Sequence record: MN563784.1 | Direction: 5' to 3' (one strand) | DNA: 64,000 bases | Translations under genes and position numbers: made by a program | The notes under the pieces: model-generated | Database searches by the model: none | Told to the model about the DNA's origin: nothing | The model's input: the letters and a program-made list of their open reading frames with translations, nothing else | Shown: piece by piece, positions 18,747 through 37,335 of the stretch | Position numbering within the stretch: position 1 is the stretch's first letter | Layout: each line of letters starts with the position of its first letter

Positions 18747-18952
18747 TCTACCTTGGTTGGTTCACCATCATCTTCGTGGCGATGGGTCTTGGTTTATTCG
18801 GTGCTTTCTGTCATCGAATAGTTAATTCCACTAATCCTGGATTGGAAGAGAAGCGTACTACACTGAATATCGCTATCTGGACAGGTATTCTTCTAGTGCT
18901 CGCTTATCTCAATGAAATCAGTCGAGTCTTTATTGTAGGAGTAGTTACATGA
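18743..18952 (+). CDS. Two-TM membrane protein, paralog B
   Basis: MIYLGWFTIIFV...LAYLNEISRV shared with 16055-16264. Confidence 0.75.
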   Translation: MIYLGWFTIIFVAMGLGLFGAFCHRIVNSTNPGLEEKRTTLNIAIWTGILLVLAYLNEISRVFIVGVVT

Positions 18953-19191
18953 CATTACAAGAGCTGCGTGAACTTCTTTATAAAGAAGCTGGTATGGAAT
19001 CAATCCATGCTAAAATTAAGCAACGGGCGCTCGCTGGTGATTCAGAGGTAAACTTCGATTACAGCAACGAGAACACGCCAGTTGAAGGGAAGATGAATAA
19101 TCGTCAAGCGGAAATCCTCCGTAAAGACGGTTACATTGTTGAATACAATAGTGCCTGTCTCTGGTACGAAGTAAAAGGATGGGATGAATAA
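18949..19191 (+). CDS. Hypothetical protein
   Basis: SD aggag, ATGA overlap. Confidence 0.75.
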   Translation: MTLQELRELLYKEAGMESIHAKIKQRALAGDSEVNFDYSNENTPVEGKMNNRQAEILRKDGYIVEYNSACLWYEVKGWDE

Positions 19192-19457
19192 TGGGACTCC
19201 GTTACATGGGTTATTCCGTTAAAGCAACTGTGACTGACCGTGAAGGCGAGTCGCATATCTTTGACGGCTTTGCCAAGCCTGGCGAGGGTAATTCGGTTTA
19301 TCCCGGAGCTAATGGTGAAGGTGATAAGCGTCTTGCAGCTCGCCGCGCACTGGAAGCCTTCATGGATAGTCCAGTCTTCGAGGAACTAACATCGGATATG
19401 TACGATACGTTCGATGTTCGTTTCAATTCTCTTGTGCACACTGGAATGCCGGAGTAA
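19191..19457 (+). CDS. Hypothetical protein
   Basis: TAATG overlap; 88 aa. Confidence 0.75.
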   Translation: MGLRYMGYSVKATVTDREGESHIFDGFAKPGEGNSVYPGANGEGDKRLAARRALEAFMDSPVFEELTSDMYDTFDVRFNSLVHTGMPE

Positions 19458-19462
19458 TAAAA

Positions 19463-19900
19463 ATGTCGATGTATACCAAAGACAACGCTGAACTTTACAC
19501 CCACAAAGAAGATGGTGGTATTTACTACTACCATGGCTTGGCTCATGGTACCGGTGATCAACGTGGAGAACTGCTGCACATCTACAGTGATTACTTCACT
19601 GACATGATGTACTACCGTAACCACACCTGGTCTACTCGGATGGAACGCGTTTCTGCTCCAGGGCTTCGTCTGAGTCGTTCCTTGCATCCACGTCTATGGA
19701 TCACCACTCTGATCGGTTTGATGATCATTATCATTACTCAGGTTGTTTTCGGCACCGAGTTCAATGCAATCACTCTCCAAGAGATTGTCGGTACAGCCGT
19801 CGCTGGTGTACTGGCACTGGGTCTTCCGAGTTTCATCCTGCACCAACTGTACAAGTGGAAGTACAAGAAACCTGTTAAACAGAAGTCCGAAGCGGCATAA
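19463..19900 (+). CDS. Hypothetical protein, soluble N-domain plus two C-terminal TM helices
   Basis: SD ggag; hydrophobic LWITTLIGLMIIIITQVVF and IVGTAVAGVLALGLPSFIL. Confidence 0.75.
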   Translation: MSMYTKDNAELYTHKEDGGIYYYHGLAHGTGDQRGELLHIYSDYFTDMMYYRNHTWSTRMERVSAPGLRLSRSLHPRLWITTLIGLMIIIITQVVFGTEFNAITLQEIVGTAVAGVLALGLPSFILHQLYKWKYKKPVKQKSEAA

Positions 19901-20153
19901 AAGGAAATCCCCATTGGCCGCTAAACCAATGGGGTTCCAAACAGTGCATTCGCGACTACACTGTCAGCAGGTGTCGTCCAAGAGAACTGCGGATTAGCTA
20001 CTTACCCCTCGTGGGCATTTTCACTAGCAGTATTATAACAACACCGTACGTTCTGAAAAGATTAGCCCTCCTGTGCAACCAGGAGGGCTATATGTCGTCA
20101 AGTTTAAGCTTGACTTTTTGCCCAAATGGGCCCACTTGCAGAGGAGACTCCTA

Positions 20154-20420
20154 ATGAAAGTCTTTGAAACAAGTTCCAGACCAGATCCCCACCACGGGTA
20201 CTTGACTGGTCTAGAGGTAACAGCATTCAATGGTAAGCCGATCGTCTATGGGCGAAATGAGCAAATCAAAGTTGCTGTATACGATGGTAAGATGTTCCTT
20301 GGTTACATTGGCAATGGTCAGCTTGTAAACAAGCTTTCCGATGCTAAATGGATTGACGGATCGTCTAACTATCATATTAATTCTAACTCCAGTAATCTTT
20401 TGTTCGCTAGAGTTGCTTAA
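20154..20420 (+). CDS. Hypothetical protein
   Basis: Start moved to ATG 20154 (SD gaggag at 20141); the track start 20073 lies within a hairpin. Confidence 0.6.
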   Translation: MKVFETSSRPDPHHGYLTGLEVTAFNGKPIVYGRNEQIKVAVYDGKMFLGYIGNGQLVNKLSDAKWIDGSSNYHINSNSSNLLFARVA

Positions 20421-20427
20421 CTTCAAA

Positions 20428-20452
20428 TACCCTCTTCATTGCGAAGAGGGTA
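20428..20452. terminator. Hairpin between convergent genes, likely bidirectional terminator
   Basis: taccctcttc-attgc-gaagagggta. Confidence 0.7.
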
Positions 20453-20473
20453 ACGTATTATTATTTTTTTTGT

Positions 20474-22627
20474 TTAATACCAACTATTTCTAGAATATCT
20501 GTTAATACGCACTCTACGTGTACGCTCTGCACGAGCTTGATTTAACATGGCATCAATACCTACACCACTGCTATCATCAATATTAACACGTTTAGACAAT
20601 TGTTTCAAACGCATTTCTAATTTAGCTGCAATCATCGGGTTCTTTTCACCGCGAAGCTGCTCAATTATCTCTTCAAATTCTTTGCGACCTTGCTGTTCTT
20701 TCTCTTCATGATATTTTTCAAGTTGACTTGGTTCTTTATCACGTAATTTTGATTTACCTAAGATGGGAACATTGATACCATAATAAGATAAATTCTTACC
20801 TTGTATTAATAACCAGTGGGCTAATAATAATGATACCACTAAGTCGTCATGGTTCCCCTTAGCATGGTCAATTCTACCATTACGGATAGTAAGTGCTAAT
20901 AACTCCGTGCTAAGTGGTTTATCATAGATGGTCCTTACCCCATAATGCATTGCTGATGGTAATGCCACCTTAAATAGATTATCACGAGAATACTCACCAG
21001 TACCTGACGTTGCATAACCAAAATAACGTTTAAACCTATCATAGAACGATGGTTGTCTTGCTGATAGCGGAGTCTGAATGTCTCTGAAATCATTTTCTCT
21101 TTCTGATGATTCATTGACAATTCTGTTAAAGATACGCCGGAATGGATCTACTCCTTTAGTATGTAGAATCAAGATAACATGGTCAATTAACGATATACCT
21201 ATTGATTTACGTTCTGGTATCCAAAGAATATTAGGATATCTCAATAGCATTGTTGCAAAGAAATTACCCATTGATGGCACTGATGATTCATTGTATCTAC
21301 CAACACACATAACCTCATGTGTTTCTACGTCAACTACAACTGTGCCAGTGGCGTCATTATCTTCACCAAGAAGTTCAGATGGGTCGGTACCCATAACGAA
21401 CCTACCCTTCATCATCCGTGAGGCTACTTCATCTTTTGGTATATACCAACGAAGTGTATAACCATCATCCGTGATTTCTGTCCAGCTTGGCTCACGCATA
21501 TTGTTTTTAAGTTTATCTTTCTCATCTGATGATAAGGGTGAACCTTCACCACCAACTGTCCAAATATTGAAGAAGTCCCTATCGGCAATTTCACCGAATG
21601 AACCTGATTCACGAAGTGTGTTATATAACCACTCATCGGTACGTCCTAATTGACGGTGGTTAAATGCACCATAAACTAGAGGTTTCTTTCCAGTAGTGCC
21701 TTTTTCTACAACACGATGTAGAGTTTTCTGATCTGGTAGATCAAAGAATTCCTCTGACCATGGGCAGCCACCTGTTAAGAAGTGATATGCAAATTCACCA
21801 TCACGGGTAGTGATGTTACCAGCTGTAGTTGTATAGATGTTACCATAAGGCTGGTTCTCACGGCGAGCTTCATCACGAGCTGCTGAACCTGACGCAAGTG
21901 CAACAGGTAGTGAAACACCAATTAAATTAATATATGCAAGTTCGTCAAAGTGCATATTTGGTACTGTAAGACCACGACCTAATTTATCAGCTGCGTTAAC
22001 ATCATTTCGACCAACAGCTGTTAGATACCTATTACCTAATCTAATACATGTCATCAATTCGGAGTTATCCGCATCTAATGGATCAGTATAGTGGATATAC
22101 TCTGGTAACAAATCACGCATTACTTTTAGACGCTCGATGTTAGCATTGCGTAGTTTGTTATCTTTAGTAATAAGGTTAATCTTAGTGTTCTCACCCCAGA
22201 TATACATCATGCCTGTATTGAGCACGTCAGTTGATACGGACTTACCTGTCTGACGAGGCTGTAATAAACCAAAATCTACGTGATTGAAATAACACCAGAA
22301 TAAAGCAATATTACCACGGTTAGCTTGGAATGGAATTGGATTATTACCCGAGTTAGGGGGGATTCTTGCCACTTCCCTAAAAAAATACCAAGGATTATAT
22401 TTGCATTCCATGTTAATACGAAACTTCATTTCTTCGCTAAGATTAGGGTCATATGGATCCACCCCAATTAAACCTTGGTCCAATATAGCTAGTATAAATT
22501 TGTAATTTTTAATACCCATCTTTTTATAAGTCAAGGCTAACTTTATAAAAGATTTATTTTTAGTAGTAAGATCAACACTAGCGCTGTAGTATTTATCCCA
22601 ATCGCTATTGAAAAGTATAACGTCCAT
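20474..22627 (-). CDS. terL: Terminase large subunit
   Basis: Walker A RQTGKS, Walker B HFDE, RuvC-like nuclease GTDPSE and HDDLVVS; phiKZ gp25 position. Confidence 0.93.
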   Translation of the reverse strand: MDVILFNSDWDKYYSASVDLTTKNKSFIKLALTYKKMGIKNYKFILAILDQGLIGVDPYDPNLSEEMKFRINMECKYNPWYFFREVARIPPNSGNNPIPFQANRGNIALFWCYFNHVDFGLLQPRQTGKSVSTDVLNTGMMYIWGENTKINLITKDNKLRNANIERLKVMRDLLPEYIHYTDPLDADNSELMTCIRLGNRYLTAVGRNDVNAADKLGRGLTVPNMHFDELAYINLIGVSLPVALASGSAARDEARRENQPYGNIYTTTAGNITTRDGEFAYHFLTGGCPWSEEFFDLPDQKTLHRVVEKGTTGKKPLVYGAFNHRQLGRTDEWLYNTLRESGSFGEIADRDFFNIWTVGGEGSPLSSDEKDKLKNNMREPSWTEITDDGYTLRWYIPKDEVASRMMKGRFVMGTDPSELLGEDNDATGTVVVDVETHEVMCVGRYNESSVPSMGNFFATMLLRYPNILWIPERKSIGISLIDHVILILHTKGVDPFRRIFNRIVNESSERENDFRDIQTPLSARQPSFYDRFKRYFGYATSGTGEYSRDNLFKVALPSAMHYGVRTIYDKPLSTELLALTIRNGRIDHAKGNHDDLVVSLLLAHWLLIQGKNLSYYGINVPILGKSKLRDKEPSQLEKYHEEKEQQGRKEFEEIIEQLRGEKNPMIAAKLEMRLKQLSKRVNIDDSSGVGIDAMLNQARAERTRRVRINRYSRNSWY

Positions 22628-22729
22628 ACACTGCCCTTTAAGGTACTTATTTTAATGTGCCATAATAAAGCCGTATTGAACGGCAATTGTAAAGTATAGT
22701 CTCATATGGATAATGTGTTAAAAGACGTT

Positions 22730-22764
22730 ATAAAGCCCCCTAGGAACCACCTAGGGGGCTTTAT
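22730..22764 (-). terminator. 15 bp hairpin terminator after the virion protein operon
   Basis: ataaagccccctagg-aacca-cctagggggctttat. Confidence 0.8.
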
Positions 22765-22766
22765 AT

Positions 22767-28097
<5,331 letters not shown>

Positions 28098-28174
28098 TAC
28101 CGCTACTCCTTAAATGGATAGTAAAAAATAACTAGTATGGTCAACTATGATTAATATCTATGATTGACTGTTAG

Positions 28175-30313
<2,139 letters not shown>

Positions 30314-30341
30314 GTGGGTGGCTTTCAGAATGAGGAAAAGT

Positions 30342-31225
<884 letters not shown>

Positions 31226-31226
<1 letters not shown>

Positions 31227-31408
31227 TGGCAAAAGTATATCCGATGGTCCCACCTGGGAAGACTCGCAACCAAGATCAGAACTTTGATATCAATGCATTC
31301 TTTTCTCCCGATGTAGTTGCGGCTGGCAATGGTCTGGTTAGTCAACTTCGGCGAAATGCTCAAACTGAAAAGAATGAGCAGACTGTCGGTACTAACCAAA
31401 AAAGCTAA
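31226..31408 (+). CDS. Small hypothetical protein
   Basis: TAATG overlap with tube, followed by terminator. Confidence 0.6.
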
Positions 31409-31416
31409 AGCATATC

Positions 31417-31438
31417 GCCTCCCTTCGGGGAGGCTTTA
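31417..31438 (+). terminator. Intrinsic terminator, UUCG loop
   Basis: gcctccc-ttcg-gggaggc-ttta. Confidence 0.75.
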
Positions 31439-31454
31439 TGTTGTTAAAAACTAT

Positions 31455-31489
31455 GCTAAAAAATAATTAAGATATATATTACATGTTTG
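31455..31489 (+). promoter_or_regulatory. Early promoter
   Basis: aaaaaataattaagataTATATTAC (31475-31482). Confidence 0.7.
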
Positions 31490-31535
31490 CTTATTCAATA
31501 AGTAAAACTAGATTGTAAATTTTAGAGAGGTTAAA

Positions 31536-32732
31536 ATGAAAATTAATGAACTTACAAATACTGATTTATTATTAGAAAACCACACTATTAATAAAATTGA
31601 TTGTTTACTAGGATTACTTTATAAACATAACTTCGATAAAGAATTTACATCTAAAATTAATTTTGGTATTCTAACGCAAATGACATATCAGAAGGATGAT
31701 GTCAGTTTCGTAGTGAAGCCTAGCTTTGAACAAGGTTTTATTAATATCACTTTTAGTAATGATACATCATGGAATGTTAATTTTGCACTCATCGATGGTA
31801 AACCTAAATACATTGGTTATACTGATCAAGAAGTGACAATTGAAGAGCCGCATAGCAGGGAATATTACACTCTAACAAGTGAGAGTATTCGGCAATTAAC
31901 AATTCAAGTATTAATTAATACATGGTATCAAGTAAATAATATTCCAAGCGAAGTATACGAGTATCAACATCACTGGAAACTGGATAAAAATATTCTTAAC
32001 GATGATGATATTATTCGATACTATTATCGTTTCATTTTAGCTACCTATTGGGGAATGCCAACACCTGATAGACAAGCTACATTTGAAAAGTGGTTAGAAA
32101 ATGACATTGCAAATGGGGAAGGTGATGACACAACTAATAGTCATTTAAAATGGCTATTCAAACAGGATCATTCTAATATTACTGAAACAACTAATGTTAG
32201 AGATGAAATTAATGCATGTAGCATCCACCACATTTATCCGTCAGGCAATATTACGTGTGTTTTAACTGATAATAAGAAACCCACACGTTGGCGAGAATAT
32301 GTAATGCATGCCTTCTATAAAACCATTGGGTATACTTGGGTTAATCCAATTGAACTATATTGGCATAAAGGTACTTCTGTGGAGTATGTTAGTTTAGAAA
32401 CGGTTAATGCCAACCTTTTACTAGCTGCAAATATTTTCACTGTATACAGTAATTGGAATATTACGGAAAATAGCCATACTTCAGATAACTCTGTATCTAT
32501 CCCAGCTATTAACCTATTTTGCATCAATAGTGAAAATAGTCAATATGCAGTATCCTTTAAGAATAAAAATAATAACTCTTATGAATTATTTGATTCATTA
32601 TCCTTAAGTGGAAATCAAATAATTTCATACACTGAAACCGCTATTGAGAAATCTAATTGTTCTGGTCCATTGAAATTTGTAAGTGATCACGTTATCAAGT
32701 TTATTTGTAAGGAACTAACAACGTGTCGATGA
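31536..32732 (+). CDS. Hypothetical protein
   Basis: 398 aa, SD gagg, very AT-rich. Confidence 0.75.
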   Translation: MKINELTNTDLLLENHTINKIDCLLGLLYKHNFDKEFTSKINFGILTQMTYQKDDVSFVVKPSFEQGFINITFSNDTSWNVNFALIDGKPKYIGYTDQEVTIEEPHSREYYTLTSESIRQLTIQVLINTWYQVNNIPSEVYEYQHHWKLDKNILNDDDIIRYYYRFILATYWGMPTPDRQATFEKWLENDIANGEGDDTTNSHLKWLFKQDHSNITETTNVRDEINACSIHHIYPSGNITCVLTDNKKPTRWREYVMHAFYKTIGYTWVNPIELYWHKGTSVEYVSLETVNANLLLAANIFTVYSNWNITENSHTSDNSVSIPAINLFCINSENSQYAVSFKNKNNNSYELFDSLSLSGNQIISYTETAIEKSNCSGPLKFVSDHVIKFICKELTTCR

Positions 32733-33085
32733 AGAATGAAATTGATAGTTTAACTAAAATTATTAATGATTTATTAAAAGAGCACTTTACTAATCGTAAA
32801 GAATTTATTACGAAGATTGGTAATAAACGTATAGTCGTTCCGGGTGCTCTAGTTTTCTTCAAAAAGTTACGTGGAGAAATTACGGCTAAGGTTTATGCAA
32901 AGCGTAAAGTAGATGGTGGCTATCATGAGCCAGCTATTAGCACTGTATGCGTTAGTAATACAAATGTATCATGGGGTGGATTCAGTGGTACCCCGCGTAA
33001 GGAAATTAAAGATAGTTTAACTATTTTTACTTATGTGGCTATTTACGATGCTCTGAAAAATTTATGTAATGATCAATCTAGCTAA
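32723..33085 (+). CDS. Hypothetical protein
   Basis: About 120 aa, overlaps upstream stop. Confidence 0.65.
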   Translation: MSMKNEIDSLTKIINDLLKEHFTNRKEFITKIGNKRIVVPGALVFFKKLRGEITAKVYAKRKVDGGYHEPAISTVCVSNTNVSWGGFSGTPRKEIKDSLTIFTYVAIYDALKNLCNDQSS

Positions 33086-33097
33086 TGTTACTTAACA

Positions 33098-33130
33098 GCA
33101 TAAGCCCTCCCATTGCGGGAGGGCATTATG
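33098..33130. terminator. Hairpin between convergent genes; twin of 42801-42833
   Basis: gcataagccctccc-attgc-gggagggcattatg. Confidence 0.75.
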
Positions 33131-33131
33131 T

Positions 33132-34370
33132 TTATTTTGTTTTTGTATAGTAATTCTTAGTCATAGCACGTAGAATTAAATACAACATCAACCCAGTCCT
33201 AGTTGCTGCGATATATGCAGGTACCCTAGAATTAGTCGCATCCCTAACTAACTTCTCACCTTCTTCACGCATGAAAATAACTTGAGCATTTTCTGTTTTA
33301 GATGCCATTATCTTTGCTCGTATTTTTACAAGCAATGTTTGTAGATCATTATTTCTAGCAACCATTGTACGGAGTGATTGCATATAATCGAAAGCATACA
33401 ATAAGCACTCATCTACGAGTTTCTCAAGCTTTTGTGCCCTAGGTTGACCGATGTTACGGGAAAGGTGTCTAAGTGTCGCCATGAACATTTCTGGTGGCAT
33501 TGTGGGCATTATCTTTTCAATAATACCGACTAACTCAGGTCTAATGAAATTTTGTTCTTGTTGCGCAACTTGATGGATATAAGTAAGATATGAGCGATAC
33601 CCAGTAGACTTATCGCGTAGAATCTGCTCACCATCAGAATTAATAGCCATGTCTGATGAAATAACTAATTTACCACCTGATTGCAGTGTTCTGATATAAA
33701 CATCATAGTACTTGTTGATTAATTCACGTAGACGTGTTTGAGTATCAGATACTACACGACCAGACCAATAATCCAGTTCTTGTGTTTTACCAGTTAAGAA
33801 AGGTGCATAAATAGAATCAGGTGCAATGATACCTTCAGCCCGTTGCCTAAATAGTTTCTCCCATGACCCAATTGTCTTAATGTCAAATCGATAATTGAGT
33901 GCGGCGAATGCAGCTTCGGCTACTTCTTTACGTGCAGGATATTTAAAGCGTGGTACAAGTAAAGATGTTAGATATTTAAAATGCAACACCATGAAACAAC
34001 TAACCATTGCTTCATGTCTAATATTCAAAGGAACATTAGTTGTTTTTAAAAGCCTAGAACAAATATAGGCAGGAAGATGATTGAATACATCTGACATTAC
34101 ACGATGGTTAGGGTCAATGAATTCAACTGACTTAAAATCTTGGACTAACAGCGCTTCATCAATTCGTAAAACATCATCATACCAAATCTCACGATCCGTA
34201 TCGAAGAATTTAACTTGTTGTACACCTAGTAATACACCACCAAAGAAAGCAGAGTGATCAGCATTCCTATTCATAAAACTGATAGTAAAGTCAATAATTC
34301 TTTTACATAAATCGCGATCAAATTGAACATCCTTAAAATTTCTATCAAGGACTTCTTTAATAGTTGCCAT
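33132..34370 (-). CDS. Conserved virion-associated protein (gp32-like)
   Basis: Start moved to ATG 34370 (MATIKEV, SD ggagg); synteny. Confidence 0.7.
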   Translation of the reverse strand: MATIKEVLDRNFKDVQFDRDLCKRIIDFTISFMNRNADHSAFFGGVLLGVQQVKFFDTDREIWYDDVLRIDEALLVQDFKSVEFIDPNHRVMSDVFNHLPAYICSRLLKTTNVPLNIRHEAMVSCFMVLHFKYLTSLLVPRFKYPARKEVAEAAFAALNYRFDIKTIGSWEKLFRQRAEGIIAPDSIYAPFLTGKTQELDYWSGRVVSDTQTRLRELINKYYDVYIRTLQSGGKLVISSDMAINSDGEQILRDKSTGYRSYLTYIHQVAQQEQNFIRPELVGIIEKIMPTMPPEMFMATLRHLSRNIGQPRAQKLEKLVDECLLYAFDYMQSLRTMVARNNDLQTLLVKIRAKIMASKTENAQVIFMREEGEKLVRDATNSRVPAYIAATRTGLMLYLILRAMTKNYYTKTK

Positions 34371-34460
34371 TGGGAAAACCTCCTGGAGAATCAAATCATA
34401 AGTCATAAAAGTACTTATGTTATTTATTCCATGTAATTACATAAATTAGAGGATAATAAA

Positions 34461-35330
34461 ATGGTTTATAAAATGATTAGTTTATTAAACCTAGCTAACC
34501 CTAGTTTAATTCAGCAATTAAGTCAATCGGTATCTAATGAAAAAGATCTAGAAAATCTTAGAACTAGTGGTTGGCTAAAAGATGATCTTAACAATAATGT
34601 GTTTTTCATTTATTCTGAAACATCTTCTGATATTCTAGCTAGTCTAAGGATTAATTTAACTATTGACCCATGGATAGATAGTGATAATCCCTATCAGAAA
34701 CTAGATGTTGGTCAAGTTAGTCGATACATGACAACTGCACTTGCTTGTACTAATAATGATTATGAAGTTAATGTTATTAAAACTATTTCTAAACTATTAT
34801 TATCGTTTATTAATAATCAGATATGTTCAGTTAATAATATTAAGTTTAACAATAGTGGTAATGAAACTCAACTATCAGTTGGATTAATACATAACTCTTA
34901 TACCCTGGACATAGATTTAAATATTGGAATGAAATCATTTATTGATAATAAAACTATTATTGATAAATATAAATTATTTGAAACATCGTTGAGTAAAACT
35001 AAGAGTGAATTTAATTTTTCTATAGTCACTAATGACAAAGTTAATAAAGTTGCATCCATATACAAGACCGCATCTACATGTGAATATGATGATGCAATTC
35101 TATTTAACAAAGATTCGCTAGTAAGTATAAAACCATTTATTGATGGTCATTCACTTATTACTACTGATCTTATTGAATCACTTATCAAAGAAATTCAAAA
35201 TAAAGAAACTAAAAAATTAAAGTTAATCAAAGTTATGTGTTCCAACCATTATCAGAGAACTCATGGAGATTTAATCACAATTGTCTTATGCAGCCCTGTT
35301 AATATTTGGTCCATAACTATCTATGTATAG
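34461..35330 (+). CDS. Hypothetical protein
   Basis: 289 aa, SD gagga. Confidence 0.75.
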   Translation: MVYKMISLLNLANPSLIQQLSQSVSNEKDLENLRTSGWLKDDLNNNVFFIYSETSSDILASLRINLTIDPWIDSDNPYQKLDVGQVSRYMTTALACTNNDYEVNVIKTISKLLLSFINNQICSVNNIKFNNSGNETQLSVGLIHNSYTLDIDLNIGMKSFIDNKTIIDKYKLFETSLSKTKSEFNFSIVTNDKVNKVASIYKTASTCEYDDAILFNKDSLVSIKPFIDGHSLITTDLIESLIKEIQNKETKKLKLIKVMCSNHYQRTHGDLITIVLCSPVNIWSITIYV

Positions 35331-35337
35331 GTAACAT

Positions 35338-35541
35338 ATGGATTTAAATCCTCATGACATCGATAATCAAGCAATATTTAATTATTTAGAAATGTTGCCA
35401 TCTACTTTTAAGATAACTGAATCTACTTTTGTTGCTGCTGATTTTGATAGTAATGGCGATGTCATCATACAACTAGAGCAATCATTAATTTATACTGGTT
35501 GCTCTTTATCTAAATTTAATGCGTGTTTTAACACTATGTAA
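35338..35541 (+). CDS. Small hypothetical protein
   Basis: 67 aa, followed by terminator-like hairpin 35549-35570. Confidence 0.55.
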   Translation: MDLNPHDIDNQAIFNYLEMLPSTFKITESTFVAADFDSNGDVIIQLEQSLIYTGCSLSKFNACFNTM

Positions 35542-35627
35542 ATATAATGCCCTCTCCTTATGGAGAGGGCTTATGATGTATTTTCTCTTTTATCATCTGT
35601 AGTACAATAACTCAAATATAATTGTAG

Positions 35628-36407
<780 letters not shown>

Positions 36408-36416
36408 GGTACAACC

Positions 36417-37232
36417 ATGGCTAAACGAAAAACTCGCGCAGTAAGTGCACCAGTAACATTATCAGAAATTAGTGAAATCCCTAATGAAGTAACTAATGCA
36501 GAGGATAGTGTCAATGAACTTGAAACCACTCCTACTGAAATTGTTTCTACTGAATCAAGTGAAAATGAAAATACCACTGCCGATTCAGAAAACACAGCCG
36601 CAACTGACTCGACAACAGATGAAGAATCAGAAGACACGTCTTCTACTGAAGCAAATGGAGATGGGGAATCAGAAGAGCCCGATCTATCGGAGAATCAGGA
36701 AGATCCGAAGGAGCCTATAGAAACGCCTGAGGAGCCCGTTGAAGATGATGATGGTTCAGGTGACCCTGATGGTGGCACATCTGAAGAAAAGCCAACAGAA
36801 GGCGATCCAGAGGATCCTGAAGAGCCTACTGAACCTACTGGCCCTGAAGAACCCACTGATCCAATTGATCCGGTGGAACCGCCGCCTGAAGAACCTAAAG
36901 CATTCCAATTAAACCTAGCTACAGTGAAATCACAGTTTGGTGATTTACCAACGTATTGGGCTATTGAGTTAATTAAACGTTATTTCAGTGCGCCACCTGG
37001 TATCTATATCCCAGATGTAGTCGATAACCCTGATTTCAAAATAATGGTTCAACAAGTGAAATTCTTTGGTAATGGTCTACGTCCGATATATAACTCTAAG
37101 AACATGATTACTTTCACCACTATGTTAGAAGGTGCAAGTGAAGCAACAATCTTAGAGGATATGAAGAAACAACAACCGGCACTACTAAGTTTATTACCTT
37201 GGTATGATCCAAACGCTGAAATAGATAAATGA
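36417..37232 (+). CDS. Acidic Glu/Asp/Pro-rich protein, probably virion/capsid associated (gp35-like)
   Basis: About 165 aa of low-complexity acidic N-terminus with PEEP/PTEP repeats, then a folded C-domain. Confidence 0.65.
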   Translation: MAKRKTRAVSAPVTLSEISEIPNEVTNAEDSVNELETTPTEIVSTESSENENTTADSENTAATDSTTDEESEDTSSTEANGDGESEEPDLSENQEDPKEPIETPEEPVEDDDGSGDPDGGTSEEKPTEGDPEDPEEPTEPTGPEEPTDPIDPVEPPPEEPKAFQLNLATVKSQFGDLPTYWAIELIKRYFSAPPGIYIPDVVDNPDFKIMVQQVKFFGNGLRPIYNSKNMITFTTMLEGASEATILEDMKKQQPALLSLLPWYDPNAEIDK

Positions 37233-37267
37233 ACATATCGCCTCCCCTAGGGGAGGCTTTATGCTGA

Positions 37268-37302
37268 GTTAAAAAAAGTTTAAGATCTATATTACTAATT
37301 TG
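37268..37302 (+). promoter_or_regulatory. Early promoter just after terminator 37240-37260
   Basis: aaaaaaagtttaagatcTATATTAC (37288-37295). Confidence 0.75.
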
Positions 37303-37335
37303 CAATAATAAACAATATTCAAATAGGTATCTATA

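Noticed and set aside
20073-20153. N-terminal extension of track ORF 20073-20420
   Set aside because: Start lies inside an 11 bp hairpin with no SD; a strong SD precedes ATG 20154
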